A stretch of 64,000 bases of DNA from Alphaproteobacteria bacterium (GTDB lineage Bacteria > Pseudomonadota > Alphaproteobacteria > UBA828): the NCBI GenBank assembly GCA_965220745.1, contig CBDCQT010000006.1:64001-128000 (forward strand). The letters are read 5' to 3'. Below the pieces are notes generated by a model. It ran no database searches. It had not been told where the DNA came from and saw only the letters and a list, made by a program, of their open reading frames with translations. Shown piece by piece: positions 28,401 to 37,119 of the stretch (its first letter is position 1; every line of letters starts with the position of its first letter). The position numbers and the translations under genes were made by a program.

Positions 28401-30739
28401 TGAAGTCGGAGTTGAAGGACCAGGCGACCCAGCCGCTCGTCGACCGTGCGCTGCTCTGGATGCACGAGCAGGAGGTCGTCACTCTCAACCGCGGCCTCAC
28501 CGTGTTTCGTCCGGCGATGACGTTGAAGGTCACGCGAGACGGAAAGACCTTCACGGTCGCGGACTTCAAGCCGCTGAAAGAGCACTACGCCGAGCAGACC
28601 GCACAGATCCACGTCGTCGCCGAGTACGCGAAGCTTGGCGTGGACGACATCCAGCTGGCGCTGCGCCTCGCGGCGGACTACTTCAAGCTCGAAAGCCAAG
28701 AGTTCGTCCACAAGTGGTTCAAGGGCAAGGAGACGACGCTCGGGCGCGACACCCTCCCCGAGCACTATGAGGCGATTGTCAGGAAGCTCGGCAACCGGAC
28801 CCAGGAGCGAATCGTCGCCGACGACCGGGAGCGCACCAACGTGCTGGTGCTCGCGGGCCCGGGCTCAGGCAAGACACGGGTCCTGGTACACCGCATCGCC
28901 TACCTCATCCGCGTGCGGCGCGAGAACCCGGGAAGCATCCTGGCGCTCACCTACAACCGCCACGCGGCGGTCGAGGCGCGGCGGCGTCTCGACGAGTTGG
29001 TCGGGAAGGACGCGCGCGGCCTAAACGTGATGACCTGCCATGCGCTCGCGATGCGGATTCTCGGGATCTCTTTCGCGCAGGCCGCCGCGAATCCGAGCGA
29101 CGAAACGTTCAACCTCATTCTTCGCGACGCCGCCCGGCTCCTGAAGAAGAGCGACGAGGCGAACGCCTTCGTCACCCGGGAGCAGATGCTCGGGCGCCTC
29201 AACTGGATTCTGGTCGACGAGTATCAGGACATCGGCGAGCCCGAGTACGAGCTGATCGCCGCGCTCGCCGGGAAGACCCTCGCCGAGGACGACGCGAGGC
29301 TGAACCTGTTCGCGGTGGGAGACGACGACCAGAACATCTACGCGTGGAAGGGCGCGTCAGTGCGCTTCATCCGCCGCTTCGCCCGCGAATACCACGCGAA
29401 GGAGGAGTATCTCGTCGAGAACTACCGCTCGAGCCGCTGCATTATCGACGCGGCGAGCCAGTGCATCGATGGCGCGGCCGGGCGTCTCAAGCGTGACCAC
29501 AGGCTGCGAATCGACGGCCACCGGCACGCCGAACCGCCGGGAGGGGCCTGGACCGCCCGCGACGAGGTCGCGCGAGGCAAGGTCCAGATTCTGCGCCTCG
29601 AGGGCGGCCAACTCTCGCAGGCCGTGGCCGCGGTCGAGGAACTCAAACGTCTCGCCGCACTCGACCCGGACTGGCAGTGGCGGCGGTGCGCCATCGTAGC
29701 CAGGAACTGGGCCGACCTCGATCCGGCAAGAAGCGCCTGCATGGTCCACGGCATACCGGTGCAGAGCGCGCGCGAGGAGCTTTCCTCGTTCTGGCGCGCT
29801 CGTGAGACGCAGCGGCTTCTACGCACTCTCGACTCGCGCGATTCGACGGCCATCGAAACACAGGAGCTCCGGCGCCATCGCGCGGATGTCGGCGAAGGTC
29901 CGTGGGCCGACCTGCTCGCTCAGGCGCTCGACGAGCTGCTCCTCGAGGAAGGCGAGGCGGCGGTGCTGCCGATCGCATTCGTGCGGAACTGGCTTGGCGA
30001 GTGGAGCAAGGAGATACGGCGCAGGCAGCAGGGGCTGCTCCTGACCAGCGCCCACCGGGCAAAGGGCCTTGAGTTCGATCACGTCGTCATCCTCGACGGA
30101 CGATGGAACGCTACGAGCGATTCGGACGACCCCGATACCGCACGCCGTCTGTACTACGTGTCGATGACCCGCGCCCGCGAGACCCTGGCACTGGTGCGGC
30201 TCGACGATGCCGGGCGCCCGGATGTCCGGGACACGCCGCTTCGGGCAAAGCCGCAGGAACGCGCCTCGTCACTGCTTCAGCCGCTCGGGAACGACCCCTC
30301 GGTGCTGGAGCGCGAGGTTCCGCGTCCGGACATCTCCGACGCACGGTTGGACATCCGGATCGCCGAATGCACCATGAAGGACGTCGTACTGTCTTTCGCT
30401 GGTTGGAGGGCGGCGCATAGCAGGACGCACCGCGCCATCGCCGCACTTGCGCCAGGGGACCCGTTGTCCATGTCGCATGAGCAGGGCCAGTGGAAGATCC
30501 TCGACCGCGAGGGACGCCAAGTCGGCCGCATGGCGAAGAGTTGGACCCTTCCGCACGGCATGGCCATTGTCCGCGCGTCGGTGCAGGGAATCTTCACCCG
30601 CTGGGCCGACGACGGGGAAGACGAAGAACGCAAAGGGACTCTACGCTCGGAGACTTGGGAGGTGGTCGTGCCTCAATTCTTGCTGTCGCGCGAGCTATCT
30701 CCGACGATGGACAAACCCCGCAGCGGCCCTGCCGGTTGA
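25478..30739 (+). CDS. Large RecQ-family helicase fused to an N-terminal DEDD-like exonuclease and a C-terminal UvrD-like SF1 helicase
   Basis: IDVE...GHNII.HD...IDTL; LPTGTGKSLCYQLP, DEAHCLSKWGHDFRPDY, ATNAFGMGIDK, QEAGRAGRDG; LAGPGSGKT, LVDEYQD, VGDDDQNIY, NYRS, HRAKGLEFD, YVSMTRARE. Confidence 0.93.
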   Translation: MAIQRWRDGEGVGKRLAAHGLPGLLSIDVEGTENIGAVGAIRTDRSTVFTWRGRNGRLRTALAALDEFAAGASYLVGHNIIEHDLELLARHAPNLKLLDLPAIDTLYLSPLAFPENPYHRLVKQYQEPALARVQVNDPLLDSELTLELLADVADALRSKDADLLLAWHALLATGVKGHAFDHLFRTIRGTELTPLVEDSIPAIAKRLGARGCPNQAARLARDALSHPLALAYVLAWLPAAGGNSIIPPYVEHRFAPGALATKLRDAHCSNRNCSWCSEHLDAETALKHWFGFSGFREQPRSQDGKSLQRSIVEKHLAREHVLGILPTGTGKSLCYQLPALMRYEATAAITVVISPLVALMADQVAAMRRQRITCATTINGLISMPERAEALAHIRLGDAGIVLVAPEQLRNRSFRRAIAGRRIGAWVVDEAHCLSKWGHDFRPDYRYVARYIAEHHGADSAPILCLTATAKHDVIEDIRQHFEQTLQAQLEVIDGGAERRNLEFVVMPTSASQRIEHIHGAVEDALGRAGSGGAIVYCTTKRSTEETAQALADRGLSAQHFHSGLSPERKREIQRGFHDGEIDVVVATNAFGMGIDKSDVRGVVHSEIPGSLESYLQEAGRAGRDGAPAHCLLLFEPGDAEQQFSLTARSRLERRDIQAVLRAIRRLDSRRRRHHADSGDSVIATAGEILLEDDDGEFARDSATDDDRVRTAIAWLEESKLARRDENHTSVFPSSLRVSNLAAARERIEREGRRRNIRSATRTQMLRVVQTLTHAEPDIGVSTDELMNECGCSMGQLRRVFSTLQEIGVASNDMRITVYVHAGVENASPRRLTLARELEQALIAELREEAPDQDIDTWTRLALRPLAQRLREKDIENPLPERLVRLLRSISGDGRDEPDAKRSIEIRARDMETIGVRLRRNWASIDRIARLRRDGAARLLEHLLGKVPDGVRGVDLLVETTYGALERAIKDDLVLKSELKDQATQPLVDRALLWMHEQEVVTLNRGLTVFRPAMTLKVTRDGKTFTVADFKPLKEHYAEQTAQIHVVAEYAKLGVDDIQLALRLAADYFKLESQEFVHKWFKGKETTLGRDTLPEHYEAIVRKLGNRTQERIVADDRERTNVLVLAGPGSGKTRVLVHRIAYLIRVRRENPGSILALTYNRHAAVEARRRLDELVGKDARGLNVMTCHALAMRILGISFAQAAANPSDETFNLILRDAARLLKKSDEANAFVTREQMLGRLNWILVDEYQDIGEPEYELIAALAGKTLAEDDARLNLFAVGDDDQNIYAWKGASVRFIRRFAREYHAKEEYLVENYRSSRCIIDAASQCIDGAAGRLKRDHRLRIDGHRHAEPPGGAWTARDEVARGKVQILRLEGGQLSQAVAAVEELKRLAALDPDWQWRRCAIVARNWADLDPARSACMVHGIPVQSAREELSSFWRARETQRLLRTLDSRDSTAIETQELRRHRADVGEGPWADLLAQALDELLLEEGEAAVLPIAFVRNWLGEWSKEIRRRQQGLLLTSAHRAKGLEFDHVVILDGRWNATSDSDDPDTARRLYYVSMTRARETLALVRLDDAGRPDVRDTPLRAKPQERASSLLQPLGNDPSVLEREVPRPDISDARLDIRIAECTMKDVVLSFAGWRAAHSRTHRAIAALAPGDPLSMSHEQGQWKILDREGRQVGRMAKSWTLPHGMAIVRASVQGIFTRWADDGEDEERKGTLRSETWEVVVPQFLLSRELSPTMDKPRSGPAG

Positions 30740-30952
30740 GCGCGTCTGTCTGTGCGGGATTTCCGCAAGCCGAGCCCACCCGGCTCTCCCCGCCGTGCCG
30801 CCTACCGGCCAGCCCGCCGCCCGTGCCCCGCCTTCCGTGCAGAACCAGCGCTCGCCCCCTATCATCTGGCGAGGCCACAAAACGACCTCCGCCGCCGGCG
30901 TATGCGCACTGGCGTACAGGACCGCCGCCAGCAGGATCAGAACTTGTCGCAT
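30695..30952 (-). pseudogene. Probable 5' remnant of a secreted-protein gene
   Basis: GGAGG RBS and a clean signal peptide (MRQVLILLAAVLYASAHTPAA), then low-complexity sequence overlapping the helicase 3' end. Confidence 0.35.
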
Positions 30953-31200
30953 GAGTGCCTCCGTGCGTCACGGTACCGGCCCCGTGGAGCCGGGCCGTGG
31001 ATACGCCACGCGAGTTTCTCTGTGTGATGTCCTGCCTGTTCGCCGCGGCCCCGGTAGCTACTCCGTTGCCGAACGCGGCTCTTGTATTCAGCAAGCGACC
31101 CGACACGGGCACTCGCTGGCGTGTCCGCAAGCACAGCAGCACACTTGATCGTGTATGATCAGGACTGGGCGCAACGGGCGAAACACCGAATCGACCGACA

Positions 31201-31223
31201 TTCCCCATCCTATGGATGGGGAA
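31201..31223. repeat. Perfect hairpin TTCCCCATCC-TAT-GGATGGGGAA
   Basis: 10-bp arms with a 3-nt loop, ~60 nt upstream of the small gene at 31285. Confidence 0.6.
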
Positions 31224-31284
31224 ATTTCGGGCGTCCGAAGGCGTGAAGAAAGATGCCGGACAGCGCAAAGGGAAGGCGAAAGCG

Positions 31285-31503
31285 ATGAACGGCAAGGGAA
31301 CGATAATCACGATTATCAGCGTAGGTATCGCCCTGAGCGGCCTGATTCTGAACGGACAGCGCACGACCAACAGGGCGATCGAGAACTTGCGCTCTCAGGT
31401 CAATCGGGACTTCGCCGAGGTCCGCACCAATATCACGGACCTCCGCGAGCGTATGGCCCGGCTGGAGGGCCTGTTCGAAGGCCACTTGGAAAGGGACGAC
31501 TGA
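31285..31503 (+). CDS. Small TM + coiled-coil protein (LRERMARLEG family, copy 2), 72 aa
   Basis: MNGKGTIITIISVGIALSGLIL...ITDLRERMARLEGLFEG; GGGAAGG RBS-like sequence upstream; paralog of 18411-18650. Confidence 0.78.
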   Translation: MNGKGTIITIISVGIALSGLILNGQRTTNRAIENLRSQVNRDFAEVRTNITDLRERMARLEGLFEGHLERDD

Positions 31504-32001
31504 AGGTGCGACCGATGCTAGACCCTGAGAGGGACCTCAAGGGCGCTACGCCTGAGAAGCTGGCCCGCACGCTGTATTGTGGTTGCTAGAGTCGTGATTC
31601 TCGGCTCGCCTACTGTCCGCAGCGCACTGCGAACGAAGCCCTGCGAGTCCGGTTTCTCCGGCTTGCCTCCCACGATCGAACGGTAAGGGGTCGTTTCAAT
31701 GGCCGCCGCCTGCTGAACCAGCCTGTTGCGGGCAGCGGAAACCCTCCGGTCAGCGTTGCTGCGCCAAGTATTTTCGGCAGGCTTGCTCGCTGGCGAACCG
31801 GGTCTCGAATTCCAGCTGATTTCGCGGGTAATCCTCCACCGCCTCAAACACTACATGTAGTAGCTGCCTGACTCAAGTGCATACCCGCATGAGCCCAAGT
31901 CTTGGCGGCAACCGGCACTTTTGGTCGAGCACACCACGAATCGCACCGGCTTGCGTCCGGCTCAGGCGTTATGATGGCGTTGCCTTGCGGGCAGGGAGGG
32001 T

Positions 32002-33921
32002 GTGCCAGTGCAGCAGTTGATCCAGCGATTCCTCAACAAGGAGCTTACGCGGCGAGGTCTTTCTCGAAAGCTGGCCGGACTCGGGCTCTCGGCCGCCGCC
32101 GCGCAATCGCTCATCGAGAGTCTCGATGCCACCGAGAGCGCCAGCCTCGCCTTGCCTCCGTCCAAGCGATCGACGGGAAGCGGCGGGAAGTTGGTCATGG
32201 AGCAGGCTAAAGCCGCAGGATCGGAGTACCTGTTTACGAATCCCGGATCTTTCGAGGTCGGTCTGTTCGACGCGCAGGTCGGTTCCGGCGTGCCGCTGAT
32301 CATGGGCTTGCACGAGGGCATTGTCGTCGCCATGGCGGACGGCTACCACCGTGCCAGCCTCAAGCCGGCCTTCGTCAATGTCCATGTCATCGCAGGCACG
32401 GCCCAAATGGGCGGGCAGCTCTACAACGCCAGCAGGGACGGGGCCGCGTTGGTCGTCACGGCGGGCATGCTGGACAACGAGCTGTGGAGTGACGAGGGCA
32501 TCCTCGCGCCCCGCCCGGGCTATGACCAAAAGGATATCCCCAGACAGTTCACCAAGTTCTGCTGGGAGGCCCGCAACGCGCAGAGCCTGACGATGATGCT
32601 GCGACGGGCCTACAAAGTCGCCACAACTCCGCCGGGCGGTCCGGTGTATCTGGCTATGACCAACGGCGCGCTGGAAACGAAGGACGTCACATCGGAGATC
32701 GTACCGGCGGAGCGCTTCCTGATGTCCGCACGGCCGCGCCCCGAAGCTGCGGCGGTCGACAAGACCGCCGACTGGCTGTTACAGGCAAAGCGGCCGCTGA
32801 TCGTAGTCGGCGACGAGGTCTGGAAGTCCGGCGCCCAGGCGGATTTGGTCAGCTTTGCGGACAAGTACAACGTCCCCGTTACGTCCGGGACAGGAGGCTA
32901 TTTCAACTTCCCGGCTCGCCACCCGCTCCACCTCGGCCGCTTCAGCATGCGCTCGGACTATGCGCAGGGCGGCGTCGATCTTGCCCTGATGGTCGGTGCC
33001 CGCGACTTCGGCATCTGGCGCTTGCCGACCGGCCCGGAAGCCCCGATGGACGCCCGAATCGTGCGGATCGGCCTGAACGCGGGGAACATGGGCCGCAACT
33101 ACCCGACCGATCTCGCGCTGCTCGCGGACGTGAAGGCGTCTTTGGCGGATCTCGATGCGGCGCTGGAGGGCCGGATCCCTCAGCAGCGCCTCAGCGCGTT
33201 CGGGCGAGACCGCGGGGATCAAGCGCGCGGCCTGTCGGCGCAGATGTGGAACGATTTCGACAGCCGGGTGCGCGGCAACTTCGGCCTGAGCCCCATGCAT
33301 CCGGATGAGATGACATACGTCATGGCCAAGACGCTGGACCGCAACGCCGTGGTCGTGGGCGAGGTGCATTCCGGCTACAACCAGCACAACAACTTCCACT
33401 GGGGCTACGGCGACGACGAGCAGATCTGGATCGGCTACACGGGCAATTCGCTCGGCTGGGGTCTCGGCGCGGCCACGGGCGCCAAGCTGGCCCTTCCAGA
33501 CCGGCAAGTCGTGTGCTCGATCGGCGACGGGGCGGTCATGTACCAGTCCAGCGCTTTCTGGTCGCAGGCGCGCTACGGAGTGCCTGTCCTGACCGTGGTT
33601 TGGAACAACCTCAACTACCAGACGGTGCGAGGCGGATTTCACCGCTACGGCGGCACGATGGCGGCGACCGGAAAATACACCGGCATGTATTTGGGCGCTC
33701 CAGACATTGACTTCGTGCAGCTTGCGGCGAGCCAAGGAGTCAAGGGCGAGCGGGCGACGACACCTGCCGAGCTGGCAGCGGCACTCAAGCGCGGCATGGA
33801 GGTGTGCGGGGCCGGCGAGCCCTATATGGTGGAGGCCATGATCCGCCGAATCGGACCAGGGGCGGACTCGACTTGGCACGAGGGCTTCAAGCTGAGCGAG
33901 CGCATGAAGGCGACGGGCTAG
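32002..33921 (+). CDS. Thiamine pyrophosphate-dependent enzyme (benzoylformate decarboxylase/acetolactate synthase family) with a twin-arginine-like N-terminus
   Basis: GGAGG plus GTG start; FTNPGSFE, LHEGIVVAMADGY (catalytic Glu), GDG...NN TPP-binding motif. Confidence 0.92.
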   Translation: MPVQQLIQRFLNKELTRRGLSRKLAGLGLSAAAAQSLIESLDATESASLALPPSKRSTGSGGKLVMEQAKAAGSEYLFTNPGSFEVGLFDAQVGSGVPLIMGLHEGIVVAMADGYHRASLKPAFVNVHVIAGTAQMGGQLYNASRDGAALVVTAGMLDNELWSDEGILAPRPGYDQKDIPRQFTKFCWEARNAQSLTMMLRRAYKVATTPPGGPVYLAMTNGALETKDVTSEIVPAERFLMSARPRPEAAAVDKTADWLLQAKRPLIVVGDEVWKSGAQADLVSFADKYNVPVTSGTGGYFNFPARHPLHLGRFSMRSDYAQGGVDLALMVGARDFGIWRLPTGPEAPMDARIVRIGLNAGNMGRNYPTDLALLADVKASLADLDAALEGRIPQQRLSAFGRDRGDQARGLSAQMWNDFDSRVRGNFGLSPMHPDEMTYVMAKTLDRNAVVVGEVHSGYNQHNNFHWGYGDDEQIWIGYTGNSLGWGLGAATGAKLALPDRQVVCSIGDGAVMYQSSAFWSQARYGVPVLTVVWNNLNYQTVRGGFHRYGGTMAATGKYTGMYLGAPDIDFVQLAASQGVKGERATTPAELAAALKRGMEVCGAGEPYMVEAMIRRIGPGADSTWHEGFKLSERMKATG

Positions 33922-34111
33922 CGAGGCGCAGACCAACATAAAAGGTGTCGAGGTCCCGAATCCTGATTCAAGCGCCTACGGAGCATCTATAGCGAAACCG
34001 GCCATTGCGGGCCTGTTAAGGGGTTCAAGGGAATGAGCCGACGCGCAATCCAGCGCCAATCCCCAGCCTCGTGGCGGGCGGATGGAATCGCCGGGTGTCT
34101 CGGACTGGCAA

Positions 34112-35008
34112 TTAGCGGTCGCGCTCGGCTGGAGCGGTATCGGCCGTGAGGGCGCGGAGTTGCTCCTCCAGTGCCCGCACTCGCTCGTCCGCTGCGCTTG
34201 CCTCCTGCTTCGCCGCAATCGCCTCCTGCTTCGCCGCGCTTGTTTCCTGCTCTGCGGCGCTCGCCCGCTCCTCTGCGGCGCTCGCCCGCTGCTTGGCTGC
34301 AATTACCTCCTGCTTTGCTGCCCGCGAATCACGCTCCGCGATCCGCCTCCGCCGCTCGGCTTCTTCCAGCGCGCCGTCGGTCTCTTCCCCGGTGCGCGGA
34401 TCCCGGAACACCAGCACCGTCGCCCGGGCCTGCCTTTGGCTGCGCAGTTCCAGCCCCAGCACCTGGCTCCGGTACCGCCGCTCCCGGTCGCTGCTCGCCA
34501 CTGGCTGCACCGGGTCATACTTCCCCCCGCTGGCCTCGTAGCCCTCCAACGCTGACCCCATCAAGGTCCCGTCCGGGTCCAGCCGCCAGTACTCCCGAAC
34601 ACCTATCCGGGCGTACTCCCGCGCCTTGTGCTCGGCGTCATTCTCCGCCGTCGACGGCGACGCCACCTCCAGCACGAAATCCGGGGCTTTGCCTTCCTCC
34701 CAGATCCGGTACGAACTGCGATTCTCAGGGCTCACCCCGAACACCACCTGCACGTCCGGCTGGAGCCAGAGATTGTTATCGTCACGCCGGTAGTACACCG
34801 CCAGTTCCATGGCCACCAGCACGTCCGTGCGCTCCCGGAAGTGGTTTCGCAAGGCCGCCGAGGCTTGCAAGACAGCATCGCCGTGCGCGATGCTCTGCGC
34901 GATCCAATTGCGTTCCGGGTAATCGACTTCGTCCAGCTTCGCAGAGGCGTCGGCAATGGCGGTGGCCCGCCCGGCAAGTTCGGTGTCTGTAGCCGTCGTG
35001 AAGGGCAT
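34112..35008 (-). CDS. Uma2-family endonuclease (copy 1) with coiled-coil tail
   Basis: QPDVQVVFGV, PDFVLEVASPST, HKAREYARIGVREYWRLDP. Confidence 0.93.
   Translation of the reverse strand: MPFTTATDTELAGRATAIADASAKLDEVDYPERNWIAQSIAHGDAVLQASAALRNHFRERTDVLVAMELAVYYRRDDNNLWLQPDVQVVFGVSPENRSSYRIWEEGKAPDFVLEVASPSTAENDAEHKAREYARIGVREYWRLDPDGTLMGSALEGYEASGGKYDPVQPVASSDRERRYRSQVLGLELRSQRQARATVLVFRDPRTGEETDGALEEAERRRRIAERDSRAAKQEVIAAKQRASAAEERASAAEQETSAAKQEAIAAKQEASAADERVRALEEQLRALTADTAPAERDR
34180..34326 (-). repeat. 21-nt (heptad) tandem repeats in the Uma2 copy 1 tail
   Basis: RAAKQEV IAAKQRA SAAEERA SAAEQET SAAKQEA IAAKQEA SAADERV. Confidence 0.8.
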
Positions 35009-35796
35009 CTTGCAACGAGCGGCGTGCGAATGCGCCGCCTTGGGTTGATCCTAGCACCGTGCCAGAGCTCGTCCCCCGACCCGTCGCTGTCGTGACGCGA
35101 GCTTGATTGCCCGCGCTGCTCGCGCTTAGAGCGACGCGGTGCTCAGCTTGCGACAGAGGTCTCGCCGGCGCGCCCCCTGTGCGCCTAGCTCAGCCTGCAA
35201 CCATACGCGGCGCGAGTGGATCTGCGCTCTGGAGGCATGTGCAAGCAAGCGTGCTTGCGCTGGTTTGTGCGCGCGGCTCCACTGAGCGAACGGCGGTGCT
35301 TGGGGGAGCCAGACGGCGGCCCCTGCAGGCCAACTTGGGCGGCTCTCCGGGCACCGGGTCGGGAGCGGAAGTCGACATGCCGGCCAAGGGAGGGTGTTGC
35401 GGGGGTTGGCCGCGGGCCACCGCCCGCAGTTGTGCCTGCATTCCCCCTACGCCGACGTGCTGAGCCCGCCCCTAGCGGTCCGATTCGAGCACAGCGAGGC
35501 ACTTTGTGGCGGGCGATGCAGCACTTCGATCGGGAGATCGAACGCCCCTGGGAAGGCGAGCCAATCCCACCGTAAACTTGACTCGCTTGTAAACGCTACG
35601 CCTAGCGAGGCAAGCCTCAGACCAACAAGGAAAGACGTGGAATCATCGGAATCCGACGTTGATCATCAACGCCATGGTCACGAGATTTGTGGGTTGCGGG
35701 TCCAGGTGGGAGGGTAAGGGTACGAGCCGAGGCACATTGAGGCACGGAGCCTCATCCCCCGATAGGTGGACGATTTTGCGGGACGGTCCCTCGACT

Positions 35797-36648
35797 CTAG
35801 GGGTCGCGTTCCGGCGGAGAGCCATGGGCCGTCAGAGCCCGGAGTCGCTCCTCCAGTGCCCGCGCTCTCTCCTCCGCTGCGGTGACTCGCTGCTGTAATG
35901 TCTGCTTCTCGCGCACTGCTGCTTGCTTTTCACGCACTGCTACTTGCTTTTCACGCACTGCTGCTTGCTTGTCGCGCTCCGCGATCCGCCGCTGCCGCTC
36001 GGCTCCTTCCAGCCTGCCATCGAACTCCTCGCCCGTGCGAGGGTCAGTGAACACCAGGACCGTCACCCCGGCCTGCCTCCGGCTGCGCAGCTCCAGCCCC
36101 AGCACGCGGCTCCGCAACGCACCGCTCCGGCCCGCGCCCTCGACCGGCTGCACCTGCTCGTACTGCTCCGCGCTGGCCACGTAGCCCTCCAGGGAAGTCT
36201 CCATCAAGGTCCCGGCCGGATCCAGCCGCCAGTGCTCGCGCACGCCTATCCTGGCGTATTCCCGCGCCTTGTGCTCGGCATCGTTCTCCGCCGTCGACGG
36301 CGACGCCACCTCCAGCACGAAGTCCGGCGCCTTGCCTTCTTCCCAGATTCGGAACGAACCGCGACTGCCGCAGTGCTCCACCCCGAACACCACTTGCACA
36401 TCCGGCTGCAGTCGAAGCTTGCTGTTGCCGCGCTGGTAGTACACGACCAGCTCCATGGCCACCAGCACGTCCGCACGCTCACGGAAGTAGTAGTCCAGGG
36501 CCGTGGCGGCCTGCCGCACGGCGTCCCCGTGCCCCACGCTCTGGGCGATCCAATGCCCTTCCGGGTACTCGACCTCGTCGGGCTCCGGCGCCACTGCGGG
36601 GGCGCCGGGCGATGTCAGTGCGGGAAGTTCTGTCTGCGTGGTAGCCAT
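35797..36648 (-). CDS. Uma2-family endonuclease (copy 2)
   Basis: Same motifs. ATG 36648 aligns with the starts of copies 1 and 3; TATAAT at 36694-36699 (minus strand). Confidence 0.92.
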   Translation of the reverse strand: MATTQTELPALTSPGAPAVAPEPDEVEYPEGHWIAQSVGHGDAVRQAATALDYYFRERADVLVAMELVVYYQRGNSKLRLQPDVQVVFGVEHCGSRGSFRIWEEGKAPDFVLEVASPSTAENDAEHKAREYARIGVREHWRLDPAGTLMETSLEGYVASAEQYEQVQPVEGAGRSGALRSRVLGLELRSRRQAGVTVLVFTDPRTGEEFDGRLEGAERQRRIAERDKQAAVREKQVAVREKQAAVREKQTLQQRVTAAEERARALEERLRALTAHGSPPERDP

Positions 36649-37119
36649 CGTCGCCCTGCAGTATGCAAATGCGCGTGAACGCCAATGCTCTTGATTATAG
36701 AGCCGCCGTAGTAGGCCGGGACCGCCCAGCAAGTGACAGGATGGTGTTGCCGGCAATGGTCGGCCTCGCCCGGACGCGGGCGGCGCCAGCGGCACCGAGA
36801 CCTGCAGCAACAGTCCACGTTGCAGGGCAGCAAGGGGTCTAGCCACGCTTCGCCTCAACCGGGCGAGAGCGGCACTTCGGCGTCGAGACTTGACCTAATC
36901 GTCAGCCTTACGCCGAGACAAGGCGTCTAGCGAGGCGCGCCTCAGACCAACGAGCCGCTGAGATCCCGGATCCTAACTCACGCGCCTACGCAGCATCGAT
37001 AGCGAGACCGGCGATCGCGGGTCTGATCGAGAGTTCAAGGAACGAGTCGACGCGTAATCCAGCGCCAATCCACAGATCGTGGCCGGCGGATGGTATCGCC
37101 GAGTGCCTTGGCATGCCAG

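Noticed and set aside
36649-36858. Longer N-terminus for Uma2 copy 2 (likewise the extensions of rsmI to 56958 and gatA to 59376)
   Set aside because: Paralog alignment, promoter position or overlap with upstream genes supports the shorter starts.
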